A stretch of DNA of 64,000 nt from Eledone cirrhosa. Taxonomy: Eukaryota. Shown piece by piece: positions 11,835 to 26,492 of this stretch. The stretch's first letter is position 1. Each line of letters starts with the position of its first letter. Location: contig OZ024743.1 in the NCBI GenBank assembly GCA_964016885.1, positions 348,874,001 through 348,938,000 of the forward strand, given 5' to 3'. The notes beneath the pieces are model-generated. The model had not been told where the DNA came from. It saw only the letters and a program-made list of their open reading frames with translations, and made no database searches. A program made the position numbers and the translations under genes.

Positions 11835-14800
11835 GGACAAAAATGAGAGCGGTAAGGTCGAGAACGACAATAACAATGACAATAACAACAGCCACAACAA
11901 CAATAATAGTAGGAACAGTATCAACAAAAACAACAATAATAACAACAGCCACAATAACAGTAACACCAGCAACAGTATCAACGAAAACAACAACAACAGC
12001 AACAACAGTACCAACGAAAACATCAACAATGACACCGATACCTTTAACAGCGATCTCAGCACCACCAGCAAGACCAGTAGCGCCAGCAATAGTGGTGCTG
12101 CTGAAAAGGGGACCACTTATTTTGCAGGAGTGGCCCGAATTATTGAAACAGTGTTAGTCACAGAGGAGGAGATGGCAGTCGCAAGGGCCATGGTGACAAT
12201 AAACGCCAATAGAGTTTCCCTGAAACCTCCACCCAATTTTTTCAAGAACTAGCATGGGTTTACATCGGGTGGAGAGAGCCACGGAGGCTCATATCCAAAA
12301 GGCATTGGGGTGCGTCTGGGCGCGCAAAACCCACATCGCCCGAGCCAGAAAGTACGCCATTGTAGACGTACTTTTCGCCACCCCCCAAGAAGCGAAATCT
12401 CACTCTTTGGGAACCCTAAAGAGTGAGGAGATAGTCTTAGTGCCGTCCTACTGCGTCTGTACTTGTTGGAATCGAGGACAGGACGACCTTGCTGCAAGTA
12501 GAGACAATAGAGAGAGAGAACTGGTCAGATATAGGCATGCACATTCTTATACAAACTGACCAGGAGTGTATAGACGCTATCCCCGATATAATAGACTTCG
12601 AGGAAGGGCTCCAAATCCCTATAAGCGTGGAAGGAAGACGGCTAAAATGTTATCACTGTGGGTCAAACGGTCACCTCAGGGCCTTTTGCCAGCAGAAGAC
12701 AGTGAAGAAGAAGGCCCCTCTCCTTCCAATACCTGGTCCGCTGCTACCAAGACCAGGGCAGGCAACAAACGCAGAAGCCCCCTCCACGGTGAGTAGGATT
12801 GCAACGTCTGTGGCACCCGTACCAAAGCCACCGACAATTAAAACAGCAGCATCAGTGGCGGCAACACCAGTTGCTACATTTGCAGTAGCTGTACCAGCAA
12901 CAAAATCGCAAGAGAAGGCTCCACCACCAACAGCCGTCGAGCACATACCCCACCCAGACGCCACGGAATCCGACATGGAGTCTGAGGTGGGAGTGAAGTG
13001 GCAAACCGTCTTCCACAAAAAAAGAAAAAAAAAAAGCCCTTAGCTTCACCCTCCAAAAGCGAAGTACACAAAGAGGGGTAAAGTCTGCAAGGAGACTTGC
13101 AGCAACACCACCACCATCACCATAACCACCACAAGCACCACCGCCAACAACAACCACACCACCTGCAGCATCACCACAAACACCAACAACGCAAACATAA
13201 GAAAACATACACACCCAAGAGCAACAAGAAGAAAACAGCAACAAATTTACCCCTTCCGCCAAAAAGTACACAGCCATAAACATGGCAAATAAAGAATTCA
13301 TACAACATATAAAGCACCACACAGAAAAAAACTACCACACCCCACCAACACCAAGAACTCTCCCGACAAACATAAGCATCATTGATATCAAAATAGAACA
13401 GTAGAAACTTTTAAAACAAAAATTCCCCAACGCAGTTGGAGACTTCAGAGGGTCGGTTACGAAGAGGATATACACTGACATCATCTTGGAAACACCCATG
13501 ACCAGTGTCAAAGGGATGATTCTACTCTCCTTTCACCACACGATCAACGTAAGTGACCCTTTTTCACTTGCCACGCTTTTCATTCAACATGGCCGTACTT
13601 ATCATAGGCAGTATAAATGAGATTTCTTCAGATGTTAGTGACCTTTCTTGGAACGTCCCGCTCTTTAGTAATAGTGGGCGACCGGAACTGTGACTTTGAT
13701 GCACGCTCGGATTGTGTGGGCTAGTGGATAGAGTAGGAGGGTGCAAGAGCCTCGTCAACCTCCTCAAAAGTTTTGAACTGTCTGACAGGTATAGACTGGA
13801 TCACCCTAATGTGCCAATGTGGACATGGACAAACCGCATCGAGTCATCCTGATCGTATCTCGATAGGGCATTCTGCAGAGAACTAGATCGGGCTAGTATA
13901 AGTTGTCCACAATTTACAATAGTCGACTAGACAGACCACAAATTTGTGATCTGTGAGATCGACATAGACAGACTTCATAGACAAGGACCCGGTTACTGGA
14001 AGCTGAGCACGTCTTTCCCTGCGAGCAAAGCCTACAGACCGGATTAACGTATTAGTTAAGCGGGCGTTGACGGGAGCGGTCGTCAACAACAGGTGGTAGT
14101 TTGCCCTGAAAAGGGCAATTAAATTAGAGTCGATTAGGTTTAGCAAAGGACTAGTGATAAAGGAAAACAGAGTAGAGGGAGAGCTAGTCAGAAAGCTAGA
14201 AGATGCGTTTAGAACAGGCATTGCTTGCGGCGAGATTGGCACTCGACCATAACTTCAACACGAAACACGAAGGCTACGTTGTCAGAGCTAGAGTGCATGC
14301 TCAGAAACGCGAGGGGACAAAGGCCGTCCAATAGGCCCGCGTAGCAGAGGCGCGACCTGGCAATAAAGCCACAATTCGGTCTTTGTCTGACCAAAACGGG
14401 TGCGTGATGCCCGAACCCGAGCGGATGTGTGAAGCTTTTCAGCAGCACTTTGCTGAACTGTTCAGGAGCAGCGGCGGGCTGGATCGGGGTATGGACTTCA
14501 GTGCATACCTCGACGGACTGCCTCGGCTCTCGACGACCGCAGCACAGTGTTGCGAAAAGCCAATAACAGCCGGTAAAATACGGGAAGCGATGGCTAACTG
14601 CACAAGGGGTAAATCGCCAGGTGTGGATGGTTTGCCCTGCAATCTTTATGCATTTATGCCAGACTTGTTCGGTGACCTCTTGGCAGACGTCTACTGCAAC
14701 TGGCAGCAGAACGGGATGTGCTGCTGATAAGAGAACCGAACAAGGGTGTCATTATCGATAACATCAAGCCCATAACTCTGCTAAACGCAGAGTTCAAGAT

Positions 14801-16920
14801 TTTGGCCAAGGGGTTAGCCACGAGGTTGGCGCTTGTCGTCGAGAGTCTGGTGGGAGAAGCGCAGACATGCGCCATTCCGGACAGATCCATACACGACAAC
14901 CTCCACCTTATTTTATACATCGTAGAGAGGGTGATTAAGGAATCTGGAACTGGTGGGACCCTGATCAACTTGGATCGATCCAAAGCATTCGATAGGATCG
15001 AACATCGGTACCTGGCGGCTGTCCTCGAGGCAGCCGGTTTCGGGCCCGTTTTCAGGGGTTGGATCGCTGCGATGTACAGCGACATCTGCTCAGTTGTGAG
15101 GGTCAACGGTCACCTGTCTCAGCCGTTCAGCATCATGCGCTCGGTCCGCCATGGTTGTCCCCTCTCATCCCTCTTGTACGTATTGGCTCGTAACCCGTTA
15201 CTGTACAATCTGTGGGCGATGAGAGACGTCCTACGTCAACTAGTATGCGGGAAATCCGAGTCGGATGACGCCGACGACATCACCGTGGTGGTGTCGAGCA
15301 CCAGCCACGTTCAGATGCTCGACACCACTCTCATGGAATATGAAGAGTTGGCAGGAACAAAGATAAACCAGGAAAAGTCGGTGGGCTTGCAGCTCGGAAC
15401 CTGGAGAGGCAAGTCCATGCCGTCCGACAGCGTCGTTGGGCGTTGGACGGACGGACCGGTTAATTTGCACCGAGTCTGGTTCGGACCGGACCTCCAGATG
15501 GAGAAAAACTTGAGCGAGGTGACGAGCAGGGTGACCTCCATCACCCAGAAATGGGCCGAGAGGAATCTATCCCTGAAAGGCCGGGAGGGGATGGCGAATG
15601 CGTACACACATCCGTCATCTGCAACCGTCTCACCGTCATCTCTTGCCCTGGCCAAACTCTCAACAAAATGGAGCGCCTCCTTTTCTGCTGTTTGTGGAAG
15701 AGATGTGCACACATGGTCAGACGATCCATCTGCTGTCAACACCCGTTGTGTGGGGAACTGGGCATGCTATGGCTGATGATAAGAAAACATGCGCTAAGGC
15801 TGCGACATCTCCGGTGAAGAGGTGGGGTCGCCGTTTGCCAGGCACGTTTTCCCACAGCTCGTCTCCTTGACGGAGCTGCAGTCCTGGGTCAGGAACAGAC
15901 CGAGGGATAGCGCTTGGAAACTGGAATGTCTCCATGCGCTCACTGCCCTCTGCCAGCTGGGCACCAGTATCGCTGGAACATCCACCTCGGCTTCCATAGA
16001 GGACTAGTGGAGGGAAAGAGCGACGACGTTCTCGGAGAGGTCCTGGGCGTCGAAGAAAATCAGCTGTTTGCACCCTTCCGGAGAACATTCAGCCCAGGGG
16101 CTATCGATAACTTCCAGAAATCCCTGGCCTGGCAGTGCTACCAGGGAGCTTTGCCGTTTCGAGATAAGCTCTACAGGCACGGAAGTGCCGTCAGCCGAGC
16201 CTGTCCGAGATACGCTCAGAGCGACGACCGTCGTGCACGCACTCATTCAGTGCCCGATCATTGCTGACATGTGGAGCTATGTCGAACAGTTGCTGGCGTG
16301 TGGAGGACCGATCAGGTTATCGACTGACTCCGTTGTGCAGATGGTCTCGCCGTCTTCCTTCGAGGAGGAAGGGTAGGCGGTTTTCATCTGCCTGGTGGCC
16401 ATGGCGAAAGTGATTGTGTGGTGGACAAGGTTGAAAGGGTTAAAGACAGACACTTTCCTCTTCGGCGAATCCCTGATTAACTTTTTCAAGTTTCACTTGA
16501 AGAGGAAAATCAGGGTGGAGGGGCAAGTGCTATCTTCTAGCAAGTTTTTTGAAAGGTGGGTGAATGTAGCGAGAATGTTCCGAGTGAATATACGCTTGTA
16601 GTTTGAGGAATAGGAAAAAATTGAGAGAGGGTTCTTGCCCTGGTGGTCAGGGTAGCCGTGGTCTTTTGTGTGGTTATCACTACGAGTAATCCTCGGAGTT
16701 TTCACTCCTATTGGGGAATTTATCATTGTTTGAATCTTCATTTTTATTCTTTATATATATATGTTTCTATGTCTGTTTTATTTTTTGTTTCTTATATAAA
16801 TAATAAAAATCTTTACACGCACAAATCCCACATCTTACCCTCCTGTACCGTTCTGTGCCGTATTTAATGTTTTCTAGGTGTCAGCCGTTGTGGCCAATCA
16901 AGAAATCATTATGATTATTA
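11835..16920 (+). mobile_element. Tx1-type (L1-clade) LINE, degenerate (copy A)
   Basis: ORF1 pieces with CCHC knuckle CYHCGSNGHLRAFC; ORF2 pieces with internally deleted APE endonuclease, GKSPGVDG, KPITLLNAEFKILAK, D..KAFDRIEH, RHGCPLS, ADD; 3' UTR and (TTA)n tail; many stops and frameshifts. Confidence 0.92.
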
Positions 16921-16926
16921 TTATTA

Positions 16927-17112
16927 GGGAGGTGGATTGGCAGTATCGGTAGAGGGTCGGACGACATGCCTTCCAGCATAGTTACGTCCCTTTACGATCT
17001 GAGTTCAAATCCCGCCGAGGTTGACTTTGCCTTTCATCCTTACGGGGTCGATAAAATAAAGTACCAGTAATGCACTGGGTATTTGCTGGCCTTGTTCCTA
17101 AAGTAGAAACAA
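16927..17112 (+). mobile_element. tRNA-derived SINE inserted in the Tx1 tail
   Basis: Full SINE; ATTATGATTATTATTATTA duplicated on both sides. Confidence 0.9.
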
Positions 17113-17117
17113 TTATG

Positions 17118-17148
<31 letters not shown>

Positions 17149-17151
<3 letters not shown>

Positions 17152-20100
17152 CTTGAATCTCAGTCATTGATGTTGGTTAACTGGAAAGTCCGTTGGAATG
17201 AATATCAAGCCACTACCTGCAGCCTCAGATATTCAGGACGTATCGGAGGGTTCTTGCTGTTCCCAGCAAGCATGCCTTTTGAAGCGTTCGAAAAAGCGTG
17301 AAGGGGCCGATTTTCTTTAACCATCCCTGGAAACTTTTGGAGATAGTCCCCAGTGCGCCTATGACAATCGGGATCACTTTGACTTCATGGCAGTTCCAAA
17401 TCCTTTTCACCTCCCACTTTAAGTCCTGGTATCGGTTAATTTTCTCCCTCTCCTTCTCTTGCACTCTCGTGTCGAATGGGCAGGCCACGTCCACAATCAG
17501 ACAGGATCTTTTTTCTTTGTCCACAACCACCAGGTCAGCTCTGTTGTGTTCCAGTTTCTTGTCCGTCTGTATCCTAAAATCCCACAGCACCTTCACCTGA
17601 TCGTTCTCCATCACCGCCTCTGGCCTATGCTCATACCATTTCTCAGAATGTGGTAGATTGTTTACTTTGCACAGGTGCCAGTGGATCACCCTGCCCATCA
17701 CATCATGTCTCCAGCCCTTATAGTGAGTCTGGGCTAGGTTTTTACACTCGGATACAATGTGAGCCACAGTCTCCTCTCTCTCTCCACAGATCCTGCACAG
17801 TGGGCTAGCCTCCTCCTTGTATATATGGTGCTTCAACCACTTCGGTTTGAGGGCCTGCTCCTGCGCAGCCATTAGCATTCCTTCTGTAGCCTTTTTGAGG
17901 TCTCCTCTTCTCAACCAGTTCCATGCCTGTGGATCTCTGAATTCAGTTTTCTCAAAGAAGGTACTATGAAGGGATTTTCCCTGAAGGCTGCTCTTTCTCC
18001 TTGATGTTATTTCCTCCTTGGACATCCCCTGGCCTACTGTCCCCTCCTTCAGTACAGTTCTGAGCATTGGCTCCCTACTACCAGTCACGTATTTGTATAG
18101 GTTGTTTTTCTCCATCTGAACACAGTCCTCTATGCTGATAAGACCTCTTCCACCTTCAGATCTCCTTAAGTAGAGTCTATCGACATCACTCCTCTTGTGG
18201 AACATGTTGCAGATAGTCAATAGCTTCCTAGTCTTCCTATCCATTTCTTTTTTTTTCAGCAACATTCCATCTCAGAATTCCCGCACTGTACCTAATAATA
18301 GACACAGCTCGGGAATTTACTGCGCTTATGGCATTTCTGCTGTTCAGATGTGACTTCAATACGCTCCTTACTCTCCGAATGTATTCAGTTCTTAACAATT
18401 CCTTCATTTTTTTGTTCTTTATGCCATCAGCCTCCAGAACTCCCAAATACTTGTATCCTTCCTCAGAGTCAATTTCCTTTATCATCTCACCTGTTGGTAT
18501 CTGGATTCCGTTACTTCTGCTCAACCTACCCTGCTCATCACAATGACTCCACATTTACTAATACCAAACTGCATACATATATCACTGCTGAAAATACGGA
18601 CAGTGTCAACAAGCACATCCAACTCCTTCTCACTCTTCCCGAAGAGCTTAAGATCGTCCATGAAGAGGAGATGATTGATGGTAAGCTCTCCCTTTCCCAA
18701 CTTGTATCCTGCTCTCACTTTTCGCAGCATAATGGTCAAGGGCATCAGGGCAAGGACAAACAACAGAGGGGACAGGCTATCTCCCTGGCAGATACCTCTC
18801 TTGATCTTCACGCTTCCCAAGGATTCTCAAGTTGATGTCAACTCTGTCTCCCAGGACCCCATACTCCTGCCCAGCAACTGTCTGATGTTATCTGCCACCT
18901 TGAAGATCTCCAGGCTTTTGGTGATCCAAGAATGAGGCACCATGTCAAATGCTTTTCTGTAGTCTATCCATCCCATGGCAAGATCAGTGTGTCTCCTCCT
19001 GCAATTCCCCATTACCATCTTATCAATAAGTAACTGGTCCTTTGTACCACGTGACTTCTTTCGGCATCCTTTCTGTTCGTCCGGTAACAAGTTGTTTGTG
19101 TGGAGGTGATAGTAGATTTCCTCAGACACAACGCTCGTCAACAGTTTCCACATTACGGACAGACATGTGATAGGTCTATAGTTGGTAACATCATTACCCT
19201 TGATTCGGTATTTCATTATCAGAACGGTGGTACCTTTTGTCAACCACTCTGGCACCTCACCCGACACCAAGCAGTCATTGAACATGGCCGTCAGCTTCGG
19301 GTGGAGGGATGTTAAATGTTTAATCCAATACCCCTGCACACCATCTGGGCCTGGCGATTTCCAGTTGGTTAGTTTTTTGGCCTGCCCCTTGAGAGTTTCA
19401 ACTGTGATACTCAAATCAGATTGTTGGTGTGCCTGCTCACCGATCTCCCTCTGTACTGTCTCAATCCACCCTGCCTGGTCATTATGTCTAACATCCTGCT
19501 CCCATATTCCTCTCCAGAATGTTTTAGTTTGTTCCGCCCCAGGGATCAAGTCGTTGCCTCTTTCTTTCCCCTCAAGCTGTCCAAACAGCATCTTCTGGTT
19601 GTTGTCGAACATGCGGTTCTGTTTATACTGACTGACTCTGTTCTCGTATCGCCTGATTTTTGCACTCTTTGCTACAATGCGTTGCTTCAGTTCCTCTATG
19701 ATAATATTTAGCTTTTTCCTCCTAGTCTTGTACTTCATTTCCAGTATATTTTTAGTGCCTATGTTTTTTAGTGTCCCATTCAGTAGTGACTCCAGCTTTC
19801 CTATGTCATTTCTCATTTCCCTGATTTGACCACTCAGTCGTTTCTTCCACCAAGGCTCTGCTCTTTCTTGTCGGTTGTTTCCTCTCGCTTTTATACCAAG
19901 TAGTTTCCTCACCGTATTTGCTGTTGCTTTGAGGATATTGTTGCACTGGTGAAGGCTCCTCGCCTCAAGGTATGGGATGACTTTGTTTACCTTAGCTGTT
20001 GTTTCTTTTAACTTTTTCCTGTCTATAAATCTTAGGTTCATAGGTCTCCCACTATCATTGTTCAATTCATCTACCACTAAATTTAGGATGTCAACCGAAT

Positions 20101-20509
20101 CTTGTCCTAGCCCGTCAGCATTCCCCTCCTCAGTGGCCGTATCTCTGTTCCAGGTATTATTTATCTCAGTATTCAGATCATTGTCTGCTTCGGGTGGTTC
20201 CTCCGTTCTCTCGACCTCTTCACCTTCATTTCCCACTGGCTCGTGTGTCTGGCATATTACACCCTCCATCTCCAAGCTATTCTCTCTGCTCAGTTCCTCC
20301 AGTTCCAGCTCGCTTATCCACCCATTAGTTCTTATTACCCGAGCCTGCCCGGCCAATTTTTGTTCATCTAATTTAAATAGACCAATCTCGTTCCAGATGT
20401 TATGCATCCGTCTCCTATAGCCCCTCTCCTTGGGGTTACTTTTCAGGTAACATTGCATAACAGTTCTATTCAATTCTTTCGTCCAGTTGGTTCTGGCCCC
20501 TTTCTTTCT
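17149..20509 (-). mobile_element. R4/Dong-type RLE non-LTR retrotransposon, near full-length ORF, disrupted (family DongA)
   Basis: ORFs 20473-18827, 18820-18521, 18554-18237 and 18265-17225: NWKSPGPDG, NYRPITCL, WIDYRKAFDMVPH, QGDSLSP, LLFMDDLKL, CRICGEREETVAHIVSEC, RADLVVVD...DVACP...EK..RY restriction-like endonuclease; (TAA)n at both ends. Confidence 0.95.
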
Positions 20510-21144
<635 letters not shown>

Positions 21145-21154
21145 ATATATATAT

Positions 21155-21208
<54 letters not shown>

Positions 21209-22806
21209 GTGTGTGAGTGCGCGTGTTGAACAATTTACTGGCATGAATGCATGCATATATGGTCCCATAACACCCGTAATCTACTGATATACATTATTTC
21301 TCAGGTATTTTTAAACCTGGTGGTGCCCGTTCCCGTCCTGGTCTGAACACGTCGGATTTCTTCGTGTGAGAAAAGAAACAAGGAGATATAGAGGAAGATT
21401 TGACCCCAGTATTTGACTTGTATGTTTGTTGTACACATCAAATTATGAAAGTTCATCTTGGCCGGATTTTAACGCAGAAAGCAGAGTGCTGGAACGAATA
21501 TTGCAAAGCATTCAATTCGACACTCTGACGACTCAGCTAATTTGCCGCTTTCGTAGCATGAATACATAAAGTAATTCCTAACGTTTAAGTTATTTTTATA
21601 TACAGGACAAAATTACATTTCTTGCAATAATTTTCGCTTTGATTTCCCCATTTGTAGGTAAAAAGTTCTACGCAAACATTTTGGAGGAGTTTTACAACTG
21701 TTCCATTTGGGACTCCGATTTAATCCATTGCCATTTACAAATAACAATGTGTAGATTTAAGCATAAGTTATCATGGACATAATGGCTAAATCATGACCAT
21801 TGGGTTTTAAATTCAACAAATACAGTTTCTCAATATCCAAGTGACGGATCTTTTAAACAAAAACTAATCACAGCGCCAGAACTAAATGAATGAATAATTA
21901 TTTTTAAAGTAGTATTTGTCAGAGCAGTGATTTCATACGTGTTGTTCATATCCCACGATGGAACAATTTAAATATTTAAGGGTCTATAGAGGCAAGGGCA
22001 AAAGTGTTCACTCGTCGAGAAAAGGCAGTATAGAATATGTTCCCCGGCATTAGGATCTGTAGTCAATTTGTTTCCTCCATCTGTAATCAATAAAACAAAT
22101 TACGAATTATGTATTGGCGTCGATTTAATCAATTTCCCTTCATCAATCATTTTAGCTAAATTTCAATATCTTTCATTATACATTTTTAACAATAAGCAAG
22201 TTTTATATTGTGAGGATCATCAATTTCAAGCGTCATCCAGGGCCATGGAGCAAAAGGTGAAATCAAACCGAGATGATGGTGTTAGTTTCGTCAAATAAAA
22301 TGGACGCGTGTCACAGAAGGACAAAGTCATGTTTACATTTGCGAATTATTCTATCGCCAGTTTTCTAGAGCCAGATATATTTTTCTTCTCTTTGTCACGT
22401 CCAATGACAATCGTTCAATCTTCGTCCGACATCACTCTTCAACGTTGATTAGAGGACAATACAACACTCTGTATTTACATAGGAGACCCTATGTGTTTTA
22501 TGAACATATAGAAAATCTCCGTAATATGTTCTTCTTTCAGTTTTCATGCTGAAGATGTCACGTGTCCGTACCACTCTGACGTGCAATAACACAATCGTAT
22601 CTGGAGAATATAGTATGAATAAATTTTATGTATTTTATTAGTAACTTGAATTTATTTCCAAGTAACGAATCGTGTTAGCTGCATTTGGATACTATTCCGT
22701 TATTAGTCTCAGCATGGATCTTTTTATGTCAATTGAACCCCTCACTATCATTGTCAACAAAATAAATATTTTTGTTATTACTGCAATATATTTATTCTTA
22801 TAATTA

Positions 22807-22844
<38 letters not shown>

Positions 22845-23320
22845 ATATGTATAGCGTATGTATACATGTATAGCACCACATATATGTATATCTAAATATA
22901 TGGTTAGATATATACCCTGCTTTAATATAACCTCATACAGACAGTAAAAATATACAAAAACATGCACGCGCAATCAGAAGATGTTAATTTGTAATATGAA
23001 ACTTAGCACGTGACACTGCCAGCAATATGGAGGTTGATGTTGATTTAGTTCCCTGCACTGCTACTGAATATTACTTTTTTTGTCTTTTGTTATGCATACA
23101 GTTGTTGTTGTTTTTGTTTTGTCGTCGTCATCGTCATCGTCGTCTTTTTACTTATTTCTACTCTTGGCGCTGTAAAATGTTCCTTCTCAAATTATTCCTC
23201 TTTCTTTAGTAAGTTTTATTTTCAACTTTTTCCTAGTTTTATCATATTGGTATTAATGTTGATATTAATTTCTTCTTCTCCCATTTCTCATCCTCCTTCC
23301 AATAATAGTAATAACAATAA

Positions 23321-23458
23321 TAATTGTTTCTACTTTTGGCACAAGGTCAGCGATTTGAAGGGGAGGCGAAAGTGGATTAAATCGCCCCCAGTGCATTATC
23401 TAAGAATGGAAGGCAAAGCTAACCTCAACGGGATTTGAACTCAGAACGTAAAGAGCTA
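23321..23458 (-). mobile_element. Partial SINE copy (more decayed copies at ~21395-21548 and ~22030-22150)
   Basis: 3' end and B-box match the family; TAA tail. Confidence 0.75.
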
Positions 23459-23459
23459 C

Positions 23460-25720
23460 AACAGGCCCCACATTCAGAAAACATTAAAGATGGCACACTA
23501 AGGTACAGGACAGTACAATATGGGGGGTTTTCGTGTGAACAATGTTTAACCAAAAAATCTGTATATATATAAAATTAAATATGTGTGTGTGTGTCTGTGT
23601 GTCTGTGCATTACCTATCGAGGCCTACATCTTACCACCGATTTTCATGAAACTTTAAATGCTCATAGATTAGTCATCGGGGAGTGTTTTCTATATATCAG
23701 CGTATGGTTTTTTTTTTATTCCGTTTCATTCTGCAGATAAAAATCGATAGGGGGGGAGGGTCACCTTTTTTTAGGTATCGAAAAATAAGATTTTTGGCTC
23801 TAACTCTCACATTTTGCCACCGATTTCGTTCAAATTTTAAAGCAAAATAGAATTGATCATTCCACATCTTATAGTAGCTTTACACTTTGCATTTTTTGTT
23901 CTGGGACGGAGACCTATCATTAGCTCCCACATTTTTCAACCGATTTCGTTCAAATTCGAAATTTCGCCTCCACCTCACACATAAATCAATTTATTTGGTT
24001 CAACTTTTATATTACGATAGAACCTATCACTGCACATCTTATAGTAGCTTTACACTTTGCATTTTTTGTTCAGGGACGGCGTGGCAGCCGTTTAACTCTT
24101 CAAAATACGATTTTTTTCCACCTCCCACATATTCCATACGATTTCACTCAACATTTCGCCATTTGCTACACCTTACAACCGATTATCAAGAAACTCGCTG
24201 TCGCTAAGATCAACACCTTTTCATTAAAGTAGATATTAGTTTACCTACCCAGGCAACGCTGTGTACTGCTGCTAGTAATAAATAAACGTAAAATTTCGTA
24301 TGAAAGAAAATTCCCCAATATGGTAATCTTCCGAGGTTTACTCATGGATAATGTGCATGAAAAGGTACGGTTACACTGACCGCTAATACAGCCCCCCCCC
24401 CTTCTCTCAGTTGCCTTCCTTCACTCTACAGCTGTATACTCAAAGCAGGAGTACGTTTCTCGGAGCAAGCTAGCCAGTTTCACACACTTTTCACCAAACT
24501 GGCTGGAAGGCAGCACTTCCCTTTCCACAATTGTTTTGCTCTTCAAATAAAATGTGAAAGATTTAATCAGGGCATCGGCGAAGGGGAAAATAACTGTCTT
24601 CAAATTTTACAAAAGCGTCCACCACAAGGTCCTTTTCACAATGGCCACGGCATATAAAAACTGCCTGTAATTTCCATGACAGCACGTGTTCGACACAAAC
24701 CCAGGAGTCAATAATACCCGGATAATAGACCAATGCTAGCTGGATGGTTTCCTCACTATGCGTACATCCCTGACAAGCCCGGCTGATGCCTGTAGAGTTT
24801 AAGTGAAATTTGTGATGTTCCCTGGTAGTAGGGCTAAGCCAGGATTTTCTGATTTTCTTCATGTGCCCTGTACCAAACGTTATCGGGAAAATATTGTATA
24901 GTTCATTTTCATCAACGCCCAACAATACCATCGCTTTTATACACTACTACCCCTCTATAGCAGGCCAAGGGGGAATGTCTACCAATCTACATTTATTAAT
25001 GTTATGGGCCTAAAAATATCGATATGTTCCCTCCGTTGGTGGTATTTCTCTAATTTTGCTGCCAGTTGCAGTACATATTTACCAAAATGTCATCGAATAA
25101 GTCTGGTATGTAAGCGAAAAACTTGTAAAGAGACAAGCCAAAACAGTTGACTTGCTCTTCGTGCAAATAGTCATCACCTCCAATATTTCAGCGAGCGTTA
25201 TCAGTTGTTCACGGCACTTCGCTTCCGTCGCCCAGAGCCCCCCAGCAGACAATAAATAAAGTCCATTGATTTTTGCCAGACTTCCCGGAATTGGGTTCAA
25301 GTCCATAGCGGCCACTTCTAACTTTATAATTAGTTACCTTTCTAGTCTAGTTGACTCTAACTGCCCTTTTTCGGGCGAACCACCGTTTTATGTTAACGGT
25401 TTCTCTCGCCAACGTCCGCTTAAATAATTCATTAATCTGGTCTCCGAAAGATTTGTGAGCTTGAAAAGAGACGTTCAACTTCCAGGAATCAGGTACCAGT
25501 CTACGTGGCCATCCAATTCTTGTATACAAATCGCAAATGTGTGGCCTATGTAGTCGACTACGTTAAATGGTGGACAACCTATGCTAACCATATCTTTAAT
25601 TTGCGTCATGTGTTGAGGAAAGATTATGATACAGTCTTCCAATATGCCACATAGTGGGATGATACCAGGGACCATAAGCTTTCGGAGCGAACTTCGTAAC
25701 CATCCACCCATAATTAGCTC
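23460..25720 (-). mobile_element. Old, heavily deleted Tx1-type LINE remnant, interrupted by a Helitron
   Basis: Fragments FYLKSKTIVEREVLPSSQF, SRACQGC..SEETIQLALV and PGSWKLNVS align with ORF2 of copies B and C; 3' UTR TTCCCCAATA motif. Confidence 0.75.
23558..24275 (+). mobile_element. Non-autonomous Helitron-like element
   Basis: A|TC 5' end (TCTGTATATATATAAAA), (TG)n near the 5' end, subterminal imperfect hairpin TACCCAGGCAACGCTGTGTA, 3' CTAG|T, no TSD; internal ~48-bp duplication (~23862 and ~24033). Confidence 0.75.
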
Positions 25721-25810
25721 CCCTTAAAATTTCTGTTTTTCTTTCGATAACCAAAGACCATCATGTTTATGGTCACGCCCGGGGATCCTGGCAGAGCAGT
25801 TGGGAATGGT

Positions 25811-25872
25811 AGAAGAAGACGAAGAAGAAGAAGAAGAAGACGAAGAAGAAGAAGAAGAAGAAGAAGAAGAAG

Positions 25873-25900
<28 letters not shown>
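25811..25900 (+). repeat. (GAA)n microsatellite
   Basis: Direct reading. Confidence 0.95.
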
Positions 25901-25903
<3 letters not shown>

Positions 25904-26281
25904 GAAGGAAGGGATGCAAAATGGAGATTTGAGGAAAAGGAGAGAGCATAGGTGGTGAAAGCGATCTATCAAATTCAATCCTGATAACAATTGGTCTGTT
26001 TCCACACTGATGGTTAAACATGAGACGTTGCTATGGAAACTGCATTGTGGGTCAATTGACCTTCTCGCGGCTTATGCTTCACCCACACCATTTACCCAAG
26101 TTTCTCTCCCATTATTTTTATATTTGTTTTTCTGCCTCTTTATCTAAGTGATTCCACAATGGCGTCTCTCAACATCTGACCTCACATAACCTCTATATGT
26201 GAACCTCCACACTGCACTATTTCACACATCACATCATTTTCTTCCCTTATTGCAACTGCGCTGAGTGAACCACTATTGCAT

Positions 26282-26351
26282 CTGCTGCTACTGCTGCTGA
26301 TACTACTACTACTACTACTACTACTATCTCTACTACTACTACTACTACTTA

Positions 26352-26386
<35 letters not shown>

Positions 26387-26492
26387 TTACTACTACTGCT
26401 GCTGCTGCTGCTCTGCTGTTGCTGCTGCTGTCGTTGCTGCTGCTGTTGCTACTACTACTGCTGCTGATGTGCTGCTACTTCTACTACTACTA
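26282..26492 (+). repeat. Compound (CTA)n/(CTG)n microsatellite
   Basis: Direct reading. Confidence 0.95.

Noticed and set aside
15311-15742. Antisense ORFs over LINEs (also 19182-19631, 30835-31314, 62126-62515)
   Set aside because: Shadow frames of retrotransposon coding strands.
16927-17020. SINE head as a genuine tRNA gene
   Set aside because: A and B boxes are present but spacing is extended, no clear anticodon arm, and it is always fused to the SINE body and tail.
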